Numbered from the stretch's first letter, positions 47,133 through 57,768 are shown. The stretch: DNA of 64,000 nt from Bacteroidia bacterium (GCA_025062295.1 JANXAJ010000006.1:598-64597), one strand, 5' to 3'. Notes: generated from the letters alone by a model not told the origin. Made by a program: numbers and translations.

Positions 47133-47734
47133 AGATCATCTGCATTGCTCGCAGCTACCCTCTCCATGCAGCTGAAATGGGCACTTCTCCTCCTCAGAAG
47201 CCCATCTTTTTTCTCAAACCCTCCACTGCATGGGCCGCAAGCGGCGAAGTGCTTTATCCCCCCTTTACTCAGCGACTAGAGTATGAGACTGAGCTCGTCT
47301 TTCGTATCGCTCGTTCTGGACGCTGGCTCTCTCCTGAGAAAGCTCAAAGAGTGGTAGATGCCCTTACAGTAGGGATAGATTTCACCGCTCGGGACCTTCA
47401 GGCAGAACTCAAAGCTCAGGGACTCCCGTGGGAAATGGCAAAAGCCTTTGACCACTCTGCTTGGTGGGGAGCGTGGCTCCCTATATATCCTGAATGGAAA
47501 GACATTCCTTTTCAACTCTATCGGGGAGAGACCCTTCTTCAGATAGGCTATGGACGAGACCTTCTCTTTTCACTGGAGGAGATTGTCGCTGCCGCTTCTC
47601 ATTATTTCACCTTGGAGCCAGGGGATGTGCTTTTTACGGGGACCCCGGCGGGTGTGGGACCTGTATATCCCGAAGACGCTTTGCGTGCCTGCTTCGGTGA
47701 GAGAGAAGTAGGTAGGGTGTATGTGCGCTCTTGA
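47129..47734 (+). CDS. Fumarylacetoacetate hydrolase (FAH) family protein
   Basis: About 201 aa with KPIFFLKPSTAW, YETELVFRI and FTGTPAGVGPV. Its ATG overlaps the stop of the upstream gene (ATGA). Confidence 0.6.
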   Translation: MKIICIARSYPLHAAEMGTSPPQKPIFFLKPSTAWAASGEVLYPPFTQRLEYETELVFRIARSGRWLSPEKAQRVVDALTVGIDFTARDLQAELKAQGLPWEMAKAFDHSAWWGAWLPIYPEWKDIPFQLYRGETLLQIGYGRDLLFSLEEIVAAASHYFTLEPGDVLFTGTPAGVGPVYPEDALRACFGEREVGRVYVRS

Positions 47735-47738
47735 AAGC

Positions 47739-49610
47739 TCAACCTTTCCATCGCACTCGCCAATTAGGAAGCACCTCCAATTTCCCTTCTGCCAGAAAGA
47801 GCTCTAATACAGCCTCGCCTTTGCCAGGAAAGAGTTTATGAAGAGCTGTCCTCAACTCCTGAGCGAGGCGAGGATGGCGAGCCGCTTCAGCAAGCCAAGC
47901 AGCAGCCATCATCTTCTCGTCATTAGAGAGCTGAGGTTGATAATGCCCCCGACATATGTCGCATTGACCACATGGCTCTATCTCTTCCTCAAAGTAGCGC
48001 AGGAGATATTGAGCCCGGCATACCTCCCGATTCCTATAGTAAGAGAGCATAAAGTGTCCTCGCACCTGCGCTTGCCGCTGAAGGGTAGCATACTTATGAC
48101 GAATAGACTGCCATTGAGTCGGAGAGGGAGGGGGATCATTTAAGATAATTTCGCCTGTTTGCTCAAGTAGGGCATCATGGGAGAGCCATCGGCGCTCTCT
48201 CAGGGTTTGAAGCGTTTCATACAGCTTTGCATAAGGGATACTAAGCTGGTAAGCCCAATCAGCTACATCTACATAAACTCCTTCTTGAAAGAGAGCTGCT
48301 CCGCCCAGGCGAGCGATCCACTGTTCTATTTCAAAGGGGGTCTCCTGCCACTTCTCAGGGGGGACGAGGCTTCGTAAGTAGGTGCGGGTGGAGCCAGCTT
48401 CCCGCCATGAGAGAAACCCTTCTTGAGAGAGAAGATGCAAAGCTCGCCGAAGCATATATGGGGTTATTTCAAGCCGCTGAGCCAGCTCGCTAAGCGCCAG
48501 CCGAGCTGGCGATCCAAATCTCAGGAGCGCTTGATAGAGCCGTAAGACCGACTCATAAGGCGGATACTTTTCTTGCAAGCGTCGCCACAGCTCCTCCCCA
48601 TCTCTCGGCGCAAAGAGTGTGATGGCATACGCCAAGTCTCCATCCCGCCCCGCTCGCCCCACCTCTTGAAAATAAGACTCAGGCTCCATCACGGGATCAT
48701 AATGCACCACAAAACGAGTATTTGGCTTATCTATTCCCATCCCAAAAGCAGTAGTAGCCACGATCACTCGGACCTTTTCCCGAATCCACTCCTCTTGCGT
48801 TTGGCGCCGAAGTGAGGCAGGCATGCCAGCATGATAGGCAGCAGCTAAGACCCCCCATCGCCTAAGCTTTTCTGCTACTTGAAGGCTGGCTGCACGCGAG
48901 CCGACATACACTATACCAGAACCTTTAAGCTTAGAGAGAGTTTGATAGAGCCGCTTATCCTTTTCTATATCGTGAACTACAGCATAATAAAAGTTTTTGC
49001 GATAGAATGACTCTTGAATGATGACAGGGTCCCGAAGACAGAGATAGTTAATGATATCCTGACGCACTCGACGAGTAGCTGTAGCAGTGAGTGCTATCCA
49101 CTGCGCCTCTGGAAAGACAGAGCGCAGCTCACCCAATCCCAAATAAGAGGCGCGGAAGTCATGTCCCCACTGACTAATGCAATGGGCTTCATCTACAGCG
49201 ATGAGTCGAATCGGAAGGAGTTGGAGCTTCTCTATGAAAGAAGGCATAAGTAGTCGCTCAGGGGCTACATACAGAAATGAGAGCTGTCCTTTCTGGGCTG
49301 CAGTGAGGACCTTTTCTCGGAGAGGTGCTGGCAGGCTGCTCTCAATACTAGCTGCTAAGATTCCCCGACGCACAAGTCCCTCCACCTGATCTTGCATAAG
49401 AGCAATGAGAGGAGAAATCACCAAGGTTATGCCTCCCAGTACTAGCCCCGGCACTTGATAACAGATGGACTTTCCGCCTCCTGTAGGCAAAAGAGCAAGT
49501 ACCTCCCGTCCAGAGAGAAGAGCTTGCACCACCGCTGCCTGAGCAGGGCGAAAGTCAGAGTACCCCCAATGCCGACGAAGAATAGCCTTCGCTTGATCCA
49601 CCCTTATCAA
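47739..49610 (-). CDS. recQ: ATP-dependent DNA helicase RecQ
   Basis: A 623-aa ORF with LLPTGGGKSICYQ (motif I), AVDEAHCISQWGHDFR (DEAH), a Zn-binding Cys cluster (CGQCDIC) and a winged-helix region. Confidence 0.9.
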   Translation of the reverse strand: MIRVDQAKAILRRHWGYSDFRPAQAAVVQALLSGREVLALLPTGGGKSICYQVPGLVLGGITLVISPLIALMQDQVEGLVRRGILAASIESSLPAPLREKVLTAAQKGQLSFLYVAPERLLMPSFIEKLQLLPIRLIAVDEAHCISQWGHDFRASYLGLGELRSVFPEAQWIALTATATRRVRQDIINYLCLRDPVIIQESFYRKNFYYAVVHDIEKDKRLYQTLSKLKGSGIVYVGSRAASLQVAEKLRRWGVLAAAYHAGMPASLRRQTQEEWIREKVRVIVATTAFGMGIDKPNTRFVVHYDPVMEPESYFQEVGRAGRDGDLAYAITLFAPRDGEELWRRLQEKYPPYESVLRLYQALLRFGSPARLALSELAQRLEITPYMLRRALHLLSQEGFLSWREAGSTRTYLRSLVPPEKWQETPFEIEQWIARLGGAALFQEGVYVDVADWAYQLSIPYAKLYETLQTLRERRWLSHDALLEQTGEIILNDPPPSPTQWQSIRHKYATLQRQAQVRGHFMLSYYRNREVCRAQYLLRYFEEEIEPCGQCDICRGHYQPQLSNDEKMMAAAWLAEAARHPRLAQELRTALHKLFPGKGEAVLELFLAEGKLEVLPNWRVRWKG

Positions 49611-50465
49611 ATATGCAAACTTAAATAAAAAACCTCTCCAATTTCATGAAGGTATGCTCCCTCAGCTGTCTATAACGCTTGGCTTTTACCTCTTACCCTA
49701 TCCAGATGCATTCATCTTTCACCATGAATCACCTAAAAGTCTTAGAATCTTGTGGCCATGAAGCGCAAAGGAGCTGTAAAGCTTTCTAAAAATCACAGCA
49801 TAAATGGACGCTGCAAGTCAGTATGGCTATAGAGGCAAGGCAGCGGAGGTAGGATAGATATTGAGGGAGAAGGGAGTGAATGACTGTCCTCTGCACCATA
49901 GCTTTTCTCTTAGGTTTGTCTGATAGTCTCTTCCTCACGCTTACCTCTGCTTCTCTGCTGATGATAGAAAGGTGTAGGGTAAAGCTTTTCTGTGGCTGGT
50001 TATGGCTCTATTATTACATATGATTTCTCCGAGACAAGCGTCAACCTGATTCCTCTTTTTGGTAGGGACAGCTGAAGAAATGGCTATTTTATTCTCCCAA
50101 TAGATAAAATTATTACCTAAAGTAAGATTGAAAATCTATGAGAATATGCTTAAATTCAGGCTATTTTCTCTGATAAAGCCTGGTCTTTGAGAAGGATCAA
50201 TGAAAATCCCTCAAGACCAGGCGGAAGCCGCCTTTGCCAAAGTACAGTGCCTTCAGGAGAGATTGCCAGCTATAAGCTGTTTCCCATGCGAAAGGGATGA
50301 ACTTTCTTGCCGGGGAATTCACTTAGAGCCCCCCTATCACCGAGCTTTACCTAACCGAAGCACTGCAAGAGAACCCCTATTATCCTCAAGTAGCTTCTCG
50401 CTCGGCTGGGACCTGTAAAGCACAGAAGGATATCCTGAAGAGAGACTTTTCCACTCCATTGACCT

Positions 50466-51170
50466 TCACGCCTTCTGAAGGGCAAAGCATCCTAAGGCAT
50501 AAATGTTCATGAATGGAGAGCGGCTTCCCGCTCGAGCGGGAAATGAAAGAGCTTCTGCCTTCTCCACCTGGTACCAGATATTATCTGAACCTCTTTTTGC
50601 CCAGTATTCCTCATGAAGAATGCGGTAGCCTTCCAAAAGGAGAGGAAGTCTTTTCTCTCCATAGACTCGGTTCATAGGAATAAATACAGCATCCCTACCG
50701 ACAGGAATCGTGAGAAGCATGACGCCCTCAGACTTGAGCCAAAGGCGAAGTCGCTTCATTGCTATGAGATCCCCTTCTTCCTCCATTTTTTTGACCCCAT
50801 ACCGTCCGGCCAAACCCACGTGCTCTACGGTGGAGAGATTGATGATAAGGTCAAAAAAATCTTCAGGAAAGTTGGTGGTAAGAACATCTCCCTGTAAGGT
50901 TTCAATCTTTGGGTGAGCCCAGAGGAAATGGATCGGCATGATATCCAGGGCTATGACCGAAAAGCCTCGGCGGGCTGCCATTAGCGACATGAAGCTGGTA
51001 TTTGCCCCAAAGTCAAGGGCTTGTCCGGGACCTGCTGGCATGTGCTGGATGACGAAAGTGTTTTCAACATCTCTATCGCCCTCTAGATTTGGGAGGCGAC
51101 TCCACCAGCGCAAAGCCTGACGATAGAGGGAGCGAGCGAGAGGATAAAGGCGGTCTATCATGCTGTGCAA
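50466..51170 (-). CDS. Class I SAM-dependent methyltransferase-fold protein
   Basis: A 234-aa ORF with LDFGANTSFMSLMAARRGFSVIALDI, a glycine-rich SAM-binding motif I-like stretch. Confidence 0.45.
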   Translation of the reverse strand: MHSMIDRLYPLARSLYRQALRWWSRLPNLEGDRDVENTFVIQHMPAGPGQALDFGANTSFMSLMAARRGFSVIALDIMPIHFLWAHPKIETLQGDVLTTNFPEDFFDLIINLSTVEHVGLAGRYGVKKMEEEGDLIAMKRLRLWLKSEGVMLLTIPVGRDAVFIPMNRVYGEKRLPLLLEGYRILHEEYWAKRGSDNIWYQVEKAEALSFPARAGSRSPFMNIYALGCFALQKA

Positions 51171-51219
51171 AAGTAGGGGATTAGAGTCAGGGTTTGGGCA
51201 GCAAAACTACCTTTGCGGC

Positions 51220-53832
51220 ATGGAGAGTCGGTATGTCCCTCAGCCAGTGGAGCAGCGCTGGGGAGCTCTTTGGGAGCGCTTCGGTCTGTACCATAGTCAC
51301 CCAAATGAGCGTCCCCCCTACTCTATCGTCATGCCTCCCCCAAATGTAACGGGCGTCCTTCACATGGGACATGTGCTCAACAATACTCTCCAAGACATAT
51401 TAGCTCGCTATCATCGGATGCGAGGATACAATGTCTGCTGGGTGCCAGGGACAGATCACGCCTCCATTGCTACTGAAGCTAAAGTCGTAGCTCGCCTTCG
51501 CGCTCAAGGACTTGAGAAGCGTCAATTGGGACGAGAGGCTTTCCTCCAAAAAGCATGGGAATGGACAGAAGAACATGCCCAAATTATCACTCAGCAGCTG
51601 AAAAAATTAGGAATCAGTGCCGATTGGAAGCGATATCGCTTCACTTTAGATCCCCCTCTCTATCAAGCTGTGCTCAAAAGCTTCGTTCAACTCTACGAAG
51701 ATGGATTAATTTATAGAGGTAAGCATATTATTCACTGGGACCCTGTTGCGCTGACCGCTCTCTCTGATGAGGAAGTGATCTACAAAGAAAGAGAATCTAC
51801 CCTATATTTTGTGCGTTATCCGGCAGAGAATGGAGACCCTCTTGTGATAGCCACAGTTCGTCCTGAGACGATTTTAGCTGACGTAGCTGTAGCTGTCCAT
51901 CCATCCGATGAACGGTATAGGGACTGGATAGGCCGACGAGTACGCGTCCCTCTGACAGAGAGGATGATTCCAGTGATTGCGGATGCAGATGTAGACCCCA
52001 CATTTGGCACAGGCTGCCTCAAAATCACACCTGCTCACGATGCCAAAGACTATGAGATTGCAAAGCGGCATGGACTACCTTTCATGGATATTTTCACACC
52101 AACTGCTCATCTAAATGAGCTGGCAGGTCCATACGCAGGTTTATCCCGAGAAGAGGCCCGAGCCCGCATCGTAGAAGACCTAACCCAAGCTGGACTTATA
52201 GAGCGAACCCTTCCTTACACGCATAGTGTCGGACATTCAGAGCGAACAGAGGCTATAGTAGAGCCTCGCCTCTCTGAGCAGTGGTTCGTCCGCATGCAGC
52301 CTCTGGCAAAACTAGCCCTTGAAGCAGTAGAACGAGGCGAAATTCAAGTGATACCGGAGAGGTTTCTCTCTACTTATCGCCATTGGTTAGAAAATATCAA
52401 GGACTGGTGCATCTCCCGCCAGCTCTGGTGGGGACATCGGATTCCAGCATGGTATGCATCGGATGGAAAGGTATTTGTGGCTCTTACCCTCCAAGAGGCT
52501 CAACAGCAAGCCCAAGCTGCAGGCTCTGATCCCACTACCCTTCGCCAAGATGAAGATGTCTTGGATACTTGGTTTTCCTCATGGCTCTGGCCCCTTTCTG
52601 TATTTGACTTTTTCGAGAATCCTAACAACTCTGATTTCAAATACTACTACCCTACTCGCGTCTTAGTTACAGCTCCTGAGATTCTCTTCTTCTGGGTGGC
52701 TCGCATGATTATGGCAGGTTACTATTTCGCAGGAAAAAAGCCTTTCTCTGTGGTTTATCTTCACGGGATTGTCCGAGATAAGCAGCGCCGAAAAATGAGT
52801 AAATCGTTAGGAAACTCACCGGATCCTCTTCATCTGATTGAACGCTACGGGGCAGATGCAGTGAGAATGGGGATCACCATCAGCGCTCCAGCTGGCAATG
52901 ACCTCTTATTTGATGAATCGCTCTGTGAACAAGGAAAAAATTTTTGTAATAAGATTTGGAATAGTTTTCGTCTTCTCCGCCTTTGGCAGGAAAAAGCAGA
53001 AGATTATCCGCCTTCATCCTTCCAAAGTCAGGTGGTTGAGTGGTTTGACGCTCGCCTTCAGTACCTCCAAAGAGAGATAGAAGCTCTCTTAGAAAGCTAT
53101 CGCTTCTATGAGGCGATGCATACCCTTTACAGAGAGGTATGGGAAAACTTCTGTAGCTGGTATTTAGAAGCACTCAAGCCTGCTCCACCCCGCTCTCTCC
53201 TTCCAAAGGTTCAAGCCCAATCTTTGCTTATTCTTCAGCTATTACATCCTTTTATGCCTTTTATCACGGAGGAGCTTTGGCATCAGATGACAGAAGTAGA
53301 AGAAGAGAAAAGCATTGGATTTCAGCCTCTACCGACTGCTCCCCCTCTTACAGAAAGGCAGGAAAGCCTTATTTCTTCAGCAATTTATGCCCAGACGCTA
53401 ATCACGCGCTTGCGGGGGCTGCGCCAGAGTTTCAGTCTGAGTGGGGCGTTTAGACTCCTTGTACAGACCTCCAGAGAGCCCTTCCTGAGGAGTATTGAGG
53501 GATGGCTCTGGCAGTTTTTGCCTCTTGCTGCGATTGAATATGTTTATGAGACGCCTACTAAACAAGCCCTCCGAGTGGTTCATGAGCAAGAGGTCTTCTT
53601 CATAGAAGTAGATTTCGCTGAAAGCCATCGCCAAGAGCTTGAAGAGAAGCTGAAAAGAGAATTAGCACACGCTGAGAAACTCCTGCACGAAATCCGATCC
53701 AAGCTGGAGAACCCAGCTTTTCGGGCGAAAGCCGCCCCTGAGGTCATCACTCGCGAAGAGAAGAAACATCAAGACGTCCTGACGAGACAACAGCTGCTTC
53801 TCGAGCAGCTTGAAGCTTTGAGAAAGTTGTAA
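51220..53832 (+). CDS. valS: Valine--tRNA ligase
   Basis: About 870 aa starting at MESRYVPQPVEQRW. The HIGH motif is PPNVTGVLHMGH, KMSKS is present, and there is a C-terminal coiled coil. Confidence 0.95.
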   Translation: MESRYVPQPVEQRWGALWERFGLYHSHPNERPPYSIVMPPPNVTGVLHMGHVLNNTLQDILARYHRMRGYNVCWVPGTDHASIATEAKVVARLRAQGLEKRQLGREAFLQKAWEWTEEHAQIITQQLKKLGISADWKRYRFTLDPPLYQAVLKSFVQLYEDGLIYRGKHIIHWDPVALTALSDEEVIYKERESTLYFVRYPAENGDPLVIATVRPETILADVAVAVHPSDERYRDWIGRRVRVPLTERMIPVIADADVDPTFGTGCLKITPAHDAKDYEIAKRHGLPFMDIFTPTAHLNELAGPYAGLSREEARARIVEDLTQAGLIERTLPYTHSVGHSERTEAIVEPRLSEQWFVRMQPLAKLALEAVERGEIQVIPERFLSTYRHWLENIKDWCISRQLWWGHRIPAWYASDGKVFVALTLQEAQQQAQAAGSDPTTLRQDEDVLDTWFSSWLWPLSVFDFFENPNNSDFKYYYPTRVLVTAPEILFFWVARMIMAGYYFAGKKPFSVVYLHGIVRDKQRRKMSKSLGNSPDPLHLIERYGADAVRMGITISAPAGNDLLFDESLCEQGKNFCNKIWNSFRLLRLWQEKAEDYPPSSFQSQVVEWFDARLQYLQREIEALLESYRFYEAMHTLYREVWENFCSWYLEALKPAPPRSLLPKVQAQSLLILQLLHPFMPFITEELWHQMTEVEEEKSIGFQPLPTAPPLTERQESLISSAIYAQTLITRLRGLRQSFSLSGAFRLLVQTSREPFLRSIEGWLWQFLPLAAIEYVYETPTKQALRVVHEQEVFFIEVDFAESHRQELEEKLKRELAHAEKLLHEIRSKLENPAFRAKAAPEVITREEKKHQDVLTRQQLLLEQLEALRKL

Positions 53833-53870
53833 AGCTCTTTACTACGATGGTCGCTGAGGAACGTATGCAT

Positions 53871-53906
53871 GGGCTGCGCCAGCGCCTGCAGGCGCTGGCG
53901 CAGCCC
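53871..53906. terminator. Perfect GC-rich palindrome (16-bp stem, 4-nt loop) between convergent valS and the DUF1573 gene; putative bidirectional terminator without a U-tract
   Basis: GGGCTGCGCCAGCGCC-TGCA-GGCGCTGGCGCAGCCC reads the same on both strands. Confidence 0.4.
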
Positions 53907-53913
53907 CTAATCC

Positions 53914-55071
53914 TCACTTCGTTACGGCTTCTATCTCTCCCTGAATAATCAGATTCGTTACAGGTCGCCGAGGATCATTCGTAATCACAGTAACGCTCTT
54001 AGAGTCCTTGCCTGAGCGTCCTGTTGAATCAAAAGTAACTTTGATAGTCGTACTCTCCCCAGGCTTGAGCTCTGATTTATCTGGATTAGCTGCAGTACAT
54101 CCACAGCTCGCTTTGACCTTCCGAATCAAAAGGGGCTTCTTGCCTGCATTGGTCAGACGGAATTCATGTGTAACCTTTTCCCCAGCCTTAATCTTCCCGT
54201 AGTTATACTCCGTCGCATCAAACTCAGCCTTAGGAGCATTCTGGAGTTCCTCCTCAGTCAGCTCACCAAAGTACTCTTCAACATTTGCTGTGACGTAGAA
54301 AGGCTTTTCGGATTCTATAGAATCATTGGTACGAATCCGGAAGACATGATAAAGGAAGCCGTAATCATTGGCTGTACCCGCATCATACTCCACCACTATC
54401 TGGACTGTATCTTTGGGAGGAAGAGTGTAGGAAGAAGCGGTGCCCGTAGGGGTACGATAAGCTACCTTTATATGACGAGGTACATCCTTAAACTCCCCCA
54501 GTTGGATGGGACGAGTAAAGTCGTTGTAAATGGTAGCAGTGAGGGTACGACGCTCATTCGTCTTGATATTCCCGAAAGAGAGATGGTTTGCAGGTCCGAA
54601 GCGGAGGTTTCCAATCTTAGTTGGATAGAAGTCTTCAGGTCCTTTAGGTCGGGGAAGAACCTCCCCTTTGATGGTGAGGAGGTAGGTCTCCTCACGAGTA
54701 GTATCCCGCTCTGAACGAACACGCACAGTAAGGGTCTTTGTAAAAGGCCCTGGCCGTCCCCATGCACTGTACAGAGCTTCTACAAACCCTTCCTTACCAG
54801 CAGGAATCGGATCTTTACTCCAACTGGGAGAAGTGCAGCCGCAGGAGGCCTTCACGTCTACTATCCGCACTGTCTCTTTGCTGATATTCTTGAAGGTGAA
54901 TTTTGTACTTGCGGAGCGATCTTCTTCTTTTATTTTACCAAAATCGTGCTCTAACTTAGCGAATTCAATTAGCTTTGAAGGCTCTGAAGCTTTGTCAGAA
55001 GAAGGCTGACTCGCCTTCTTCTGTGCCCACACCCAAGCCAGAGACACGAGGCCTATGACGAGAAGCCGCAT
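53914..55071 (-). CDS. Secreted DUF1573 domain protein
   Basis: A 385-aa ORF with a signal peptide and two DUF1573 hallmark segments (VDVKASCGCTSPSW; KVKASCGCTAANPD). Confidence 0.6.
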   Translation of the reverse strand: MRLLVIGLVSLAWVWAQKKASQPSSDKASEPSKLIEFAKLEHDFGKIKEEDRSASTKFTFKNISKETVRIVDVKASCGCTSPSWSKDPIPAGKEGFVEALYSAWGRPGPFTKTLTVRVRSERDTTREETYLLTIKGEVLPRPKGPEDFYPTKIGNLRFGPANHLSFGNIKTNERRTLTATIYNDFTRPIQLGEFKDVPRHIKVAYRTPTGTASSYTLPPKDTVQIVVEYDAGTANDYGFLYHVFRIRTNDSIESEKPFYVTANVEEYFGELTEEELQNAPKAEFDATEYNYGKIKAGEKVTHEFRLTNAGKKPLLIRKVKASCGCTAANPDKSELKPGESTTIKVTFDSTGRSGKDSKSVTVITNDPRRPVTNLIIQGEIEAVTK

Positions 55072-55098
55072 AACGGAAGCAAAATTACGAAGTTTCTT

Positions 55099-57711
55099 TC
55101 ATCGGAAGCTCTCCCGATTTTGGGCAAAAAAGGCGGCATACTCATGCATCCGCCGCTGCGTGAAGGCAACTCGAAAGTTTGTCTGAGAGATAGGAAAGAA
55201 ATCCTGAGGAGAATGTACCCCCAGCTCCATGAACCATGGCTCATTCTCTATGACCTGGATGTACGCATTCGCTGCTCGGTAATCCGAGAATTGTGCCACA
55301 TAGGCAAGATGGTGAGTGTTATTGTATAGAAAGACCGTCATAGAGAGACGCTGCTGACTGAATTGCTGTTCATGGGCCCGAGCCAGATACTGCTTGAGCG
55401 TCTCACTTGAGATTTTTTCCTTTGGAACTAAGAGAATCACGAGGATAGCTTCGCCTTGTCGGTGTTGAAGGCTAAATCCATGAGGAGAAGAGGACGGAGG
55501 AGCTGGAGGCTTCTCTGGTTGAGCCTCGGCCACAAGTTGAGTTTGTCCTTTCTCAAGCCGCTGAAGGAGCTTCTGGGCCAGCGGCGTACAAGAGGCCTGA
55601 GGATAAGATTGAATCAGTCTTCTCAGGAGAGGAATCGCTTTCTCTACTTGCTCTAAATGCACATATGCCGCCGCCATCAGATAGAGAATAGACGGCTCAG
55701 AGGGGGTGCCTTTCCATTTTTCTTGGGTGGCTTCGCCAAATCCCACTACGGAAAGGTACTCCTCATTATAGTAGTTTTCTAACAGAGCTTGATGGATATC
55801 CAAGATAGGTGTAGTGGTGAGGGTCTTTCCGCCAGTGTTGAGCAACTTTGCATACTCAGATTGGGGGTATTTAGTCAAGAGTTCTTTCTTGTAAGGCTCA
55901 GCCTGTGGGGTACCTATATGTAGGGCATAGAGTCCGTAAAGAGCAATGACCTGAGCATCCGACCGATGGGGGAGGCGATGCTGTAGCCAATGATAAAGCT
56001 TCTCTGCTGAATCTTGCCGTCCAAAAGCCTCAACATACACCTGAGCTAGCGAAAGTGCTGTCTCAATGAGGGTATCCTCCACAGCACGCTTTTGCGCAGG
56101 GGTAGTGGGTACAGTGGATAAAAGTTGCCGTTTGAGAGCTTGAACCTTCTGGGGAGTCAAATCTGCTAAATCCTCGGGCCATTGGGGCTGTTCAGGGGTA
56201 TCCATTCTCTTCTCGGTGAGCGCCTCTCTGGCGGAAAGGCTCAAGGATGACTTATTGCGACGGCGCCAGTGGTCCTCATCGGGACGCTCACCCCACAGCC
56301 GAATAAATTCTTGCCTTCCACTCGACACCTGAATGGGGTTATCAAAGTAAAATCCACTGGCTCGTCCTCCCCCCCCTATGCTCTGCTGAATGAAAGGATT
56401 AGGCGGTGAGGCTGAAGCAACGGCCTGTTCCCGCTGACGATTCGCTTTCTCAGTAGCTCGGCGAAGCACCTCTTGTCGAATGTATGCCTCTATCCGACGC
56501 TCTCGCTCTTCCGGGCTCATCTCTGCCAGCTGCAGAAGGCTATCAGACCAATGTAGCTTCTCTCGAAGCGTTGCGTATTCCTTAAAGCGAGCCTGTAGCG
56601 ACTTAACCTCCAAAGACTTCGGATGCTTTTCTGGTATTAGTGAAGCTGCCGTATCAAAATGCTTCTGTGCGCTGCTAAAGTCGTTAAATTTCTCAAAGTA
56701 GATAAGTCCTGCCTCATAATGAGCCAAAGCTCTGGCTGAGGATTGACCAGTGCTTCCCGCCCGCCGATAAGCAGCAAGTGCAGCCTCATAATTCCCTTTC
56801 TGGGCATGAATCTGACCGATCCGATAATAGATTTGGTCCCGATAGTCCTCATAGCGGGCACTCCGAGCCATTCTTTCCAGCCTCTTCAGAAAGCGAAGCT
56901 CTTGACCACTCTGAATCAAACTAAGCTGAAGCTGAGATTGAAAGGTAAGAGCATTAGTGGCATTGAGCCGGTAGGCTTTCCTGAAGTATGAAGCAGCCAG
57001 TTCTGGCTTATTCTCGTGGAGGTAAAGCTGTCCTAAAAGGTAAAAAGCTCGGGCTCGCCGCAAGCGCGTATCCAGATGCCGACAACTGCGTTCTAAAAAA
57101 GGACGAGCTAATTCAGGCTGCCCTTTAGCAATTAGAGTCTGAGCTAGAAGAGCATCGATGTGGGGCTTATATTTGCGCAGGAGTTTCGCTGGAAGGCTGA
57201 GTGCATCCGTTAGTCGGGTTTCAGCCCGGTATGGATTCTCTTCGTGAAGGGCTGCATATGCTTGCCACCAGTATATCTTGGGTCGAAGAGGGGTATTAGG
57301 AAAGGCACTGAGAACATAATTGAAGTTAAGCTCAGCATTCGGAAGATTGCTCCTCAGGACCCATGACTGACCGATAAGGCTTCGGCTGTCATCTATGTAT
57401 TTTCCATTCTTGTGCCGAAAGATAATAACTTCACATTTTTTTCCTGCTTCTTCCAGGCGCGTATAGTGGGAGCGAGCGATCGCTGGGTCTATAAGGGGAT
57501 AAACCCGAATAAAGCCCTCTGTGGGGTCTGGTGTCTGCATCTCTATCTCCTGCTGAGCTAAGCGGAAGCGCTGCTCTGCGTGATAATATCCATTGAAGTA
57601 AGAGACAAAGGTGTGCCACGTGCGGGAAACTGCATTGTTTCTCTCGGCGCTGCAACCGAGCAGCAGTCCAAAGAGAAGAAGAGTGCCTTTCTGCTGCATG
57701 AAGAGAAACAA
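55099..57711 (-). CDS. TPR-repeat lipoprotein, SprE/PorW-like (candidate T9SS component)
   Basis: An 870-aa ORF with a lipobox LLLGCSAE and many TPR-like repeats. Size and architecture match SprE/PorW. It sits next to a T9SS cargo gene and a DUF1573 gene. Confidence 0.4.
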   Translation of the reverse strand: MFLFMQQKGTLLLFGLLLGCSAERNNAVSRTWHTFVSYFNGYYHAEQRFRLAQQEIEMQTPDPTEGFIRVYPLIDPAIARSHYTRLEEAGKKCEVIIFRHKNGKYIDDSRSLIGQSWVLRSNLPNAELNFNYVLSAFPNTPLRPKIYWWQAYAALHEENPYRAETRLTDALSLPAKLLRKYKPHIDALLAQTLIAKGQPELARPFLERSCRHLDTRLRRARAFYLLGQLYLHENKPELAASYFRKAYRLNATNALTFQSQLQLSLIQSGQELRFLKRLERMARSARYEDYRDQIYYRIGQIHAQKGNYEAALAAYRRAGSTGQSSARALAHYEAGLIYFEKFNDFSSAQKHFDTAASLIPEKHPKSLEVKSLQARFKEYATLREKLHWSDSLLQLAEMSPEERERRIEAYIRQEVLRRATEKANRQREQAVASASPPNPFIQQSIGGGGRASGFYFDNPIQVSSGRQEFIRLWGERPDEDHWRRRNKSSLSLSAREALTEKRMDTPEQPQWPEDLADLTPQKVQALKRQLLSTVPTTPAQKRAVEDTLIETALSLAQVYVEAFGRQDSAEKLYHWLQHRLPHRSDAQVIALYGLYALHIGTPQAEPYKKELLTKYPQSEYAKLLNTGGKTLTTTPILDIHQALLENYYNEEYLSVVGFGEATQEKWKGTPSEPSILYLMAAAYVHLEQVEKAIPLLRRLIQSYPQASCTPLAQKLLQRLEKGQTQLVAEAQPEKPPAPPSSSPHGFSLQHRQGEAILVILLVPKEKISSETLKQYLARAHEQQFSQQRLSMTVFLYNNTHHLAYVAQFSDYRAANAYIQVIENEPWFMELGVHSPQDFFPISQTNFRVAFTQRRMHEYAAFFAQNRESFR

Positions 57712-57768
57712 AAAGGTACTACCAAAGATACGGATTTCAAGGGGAGTAGAGCAGTGTATTTTTGTAGT

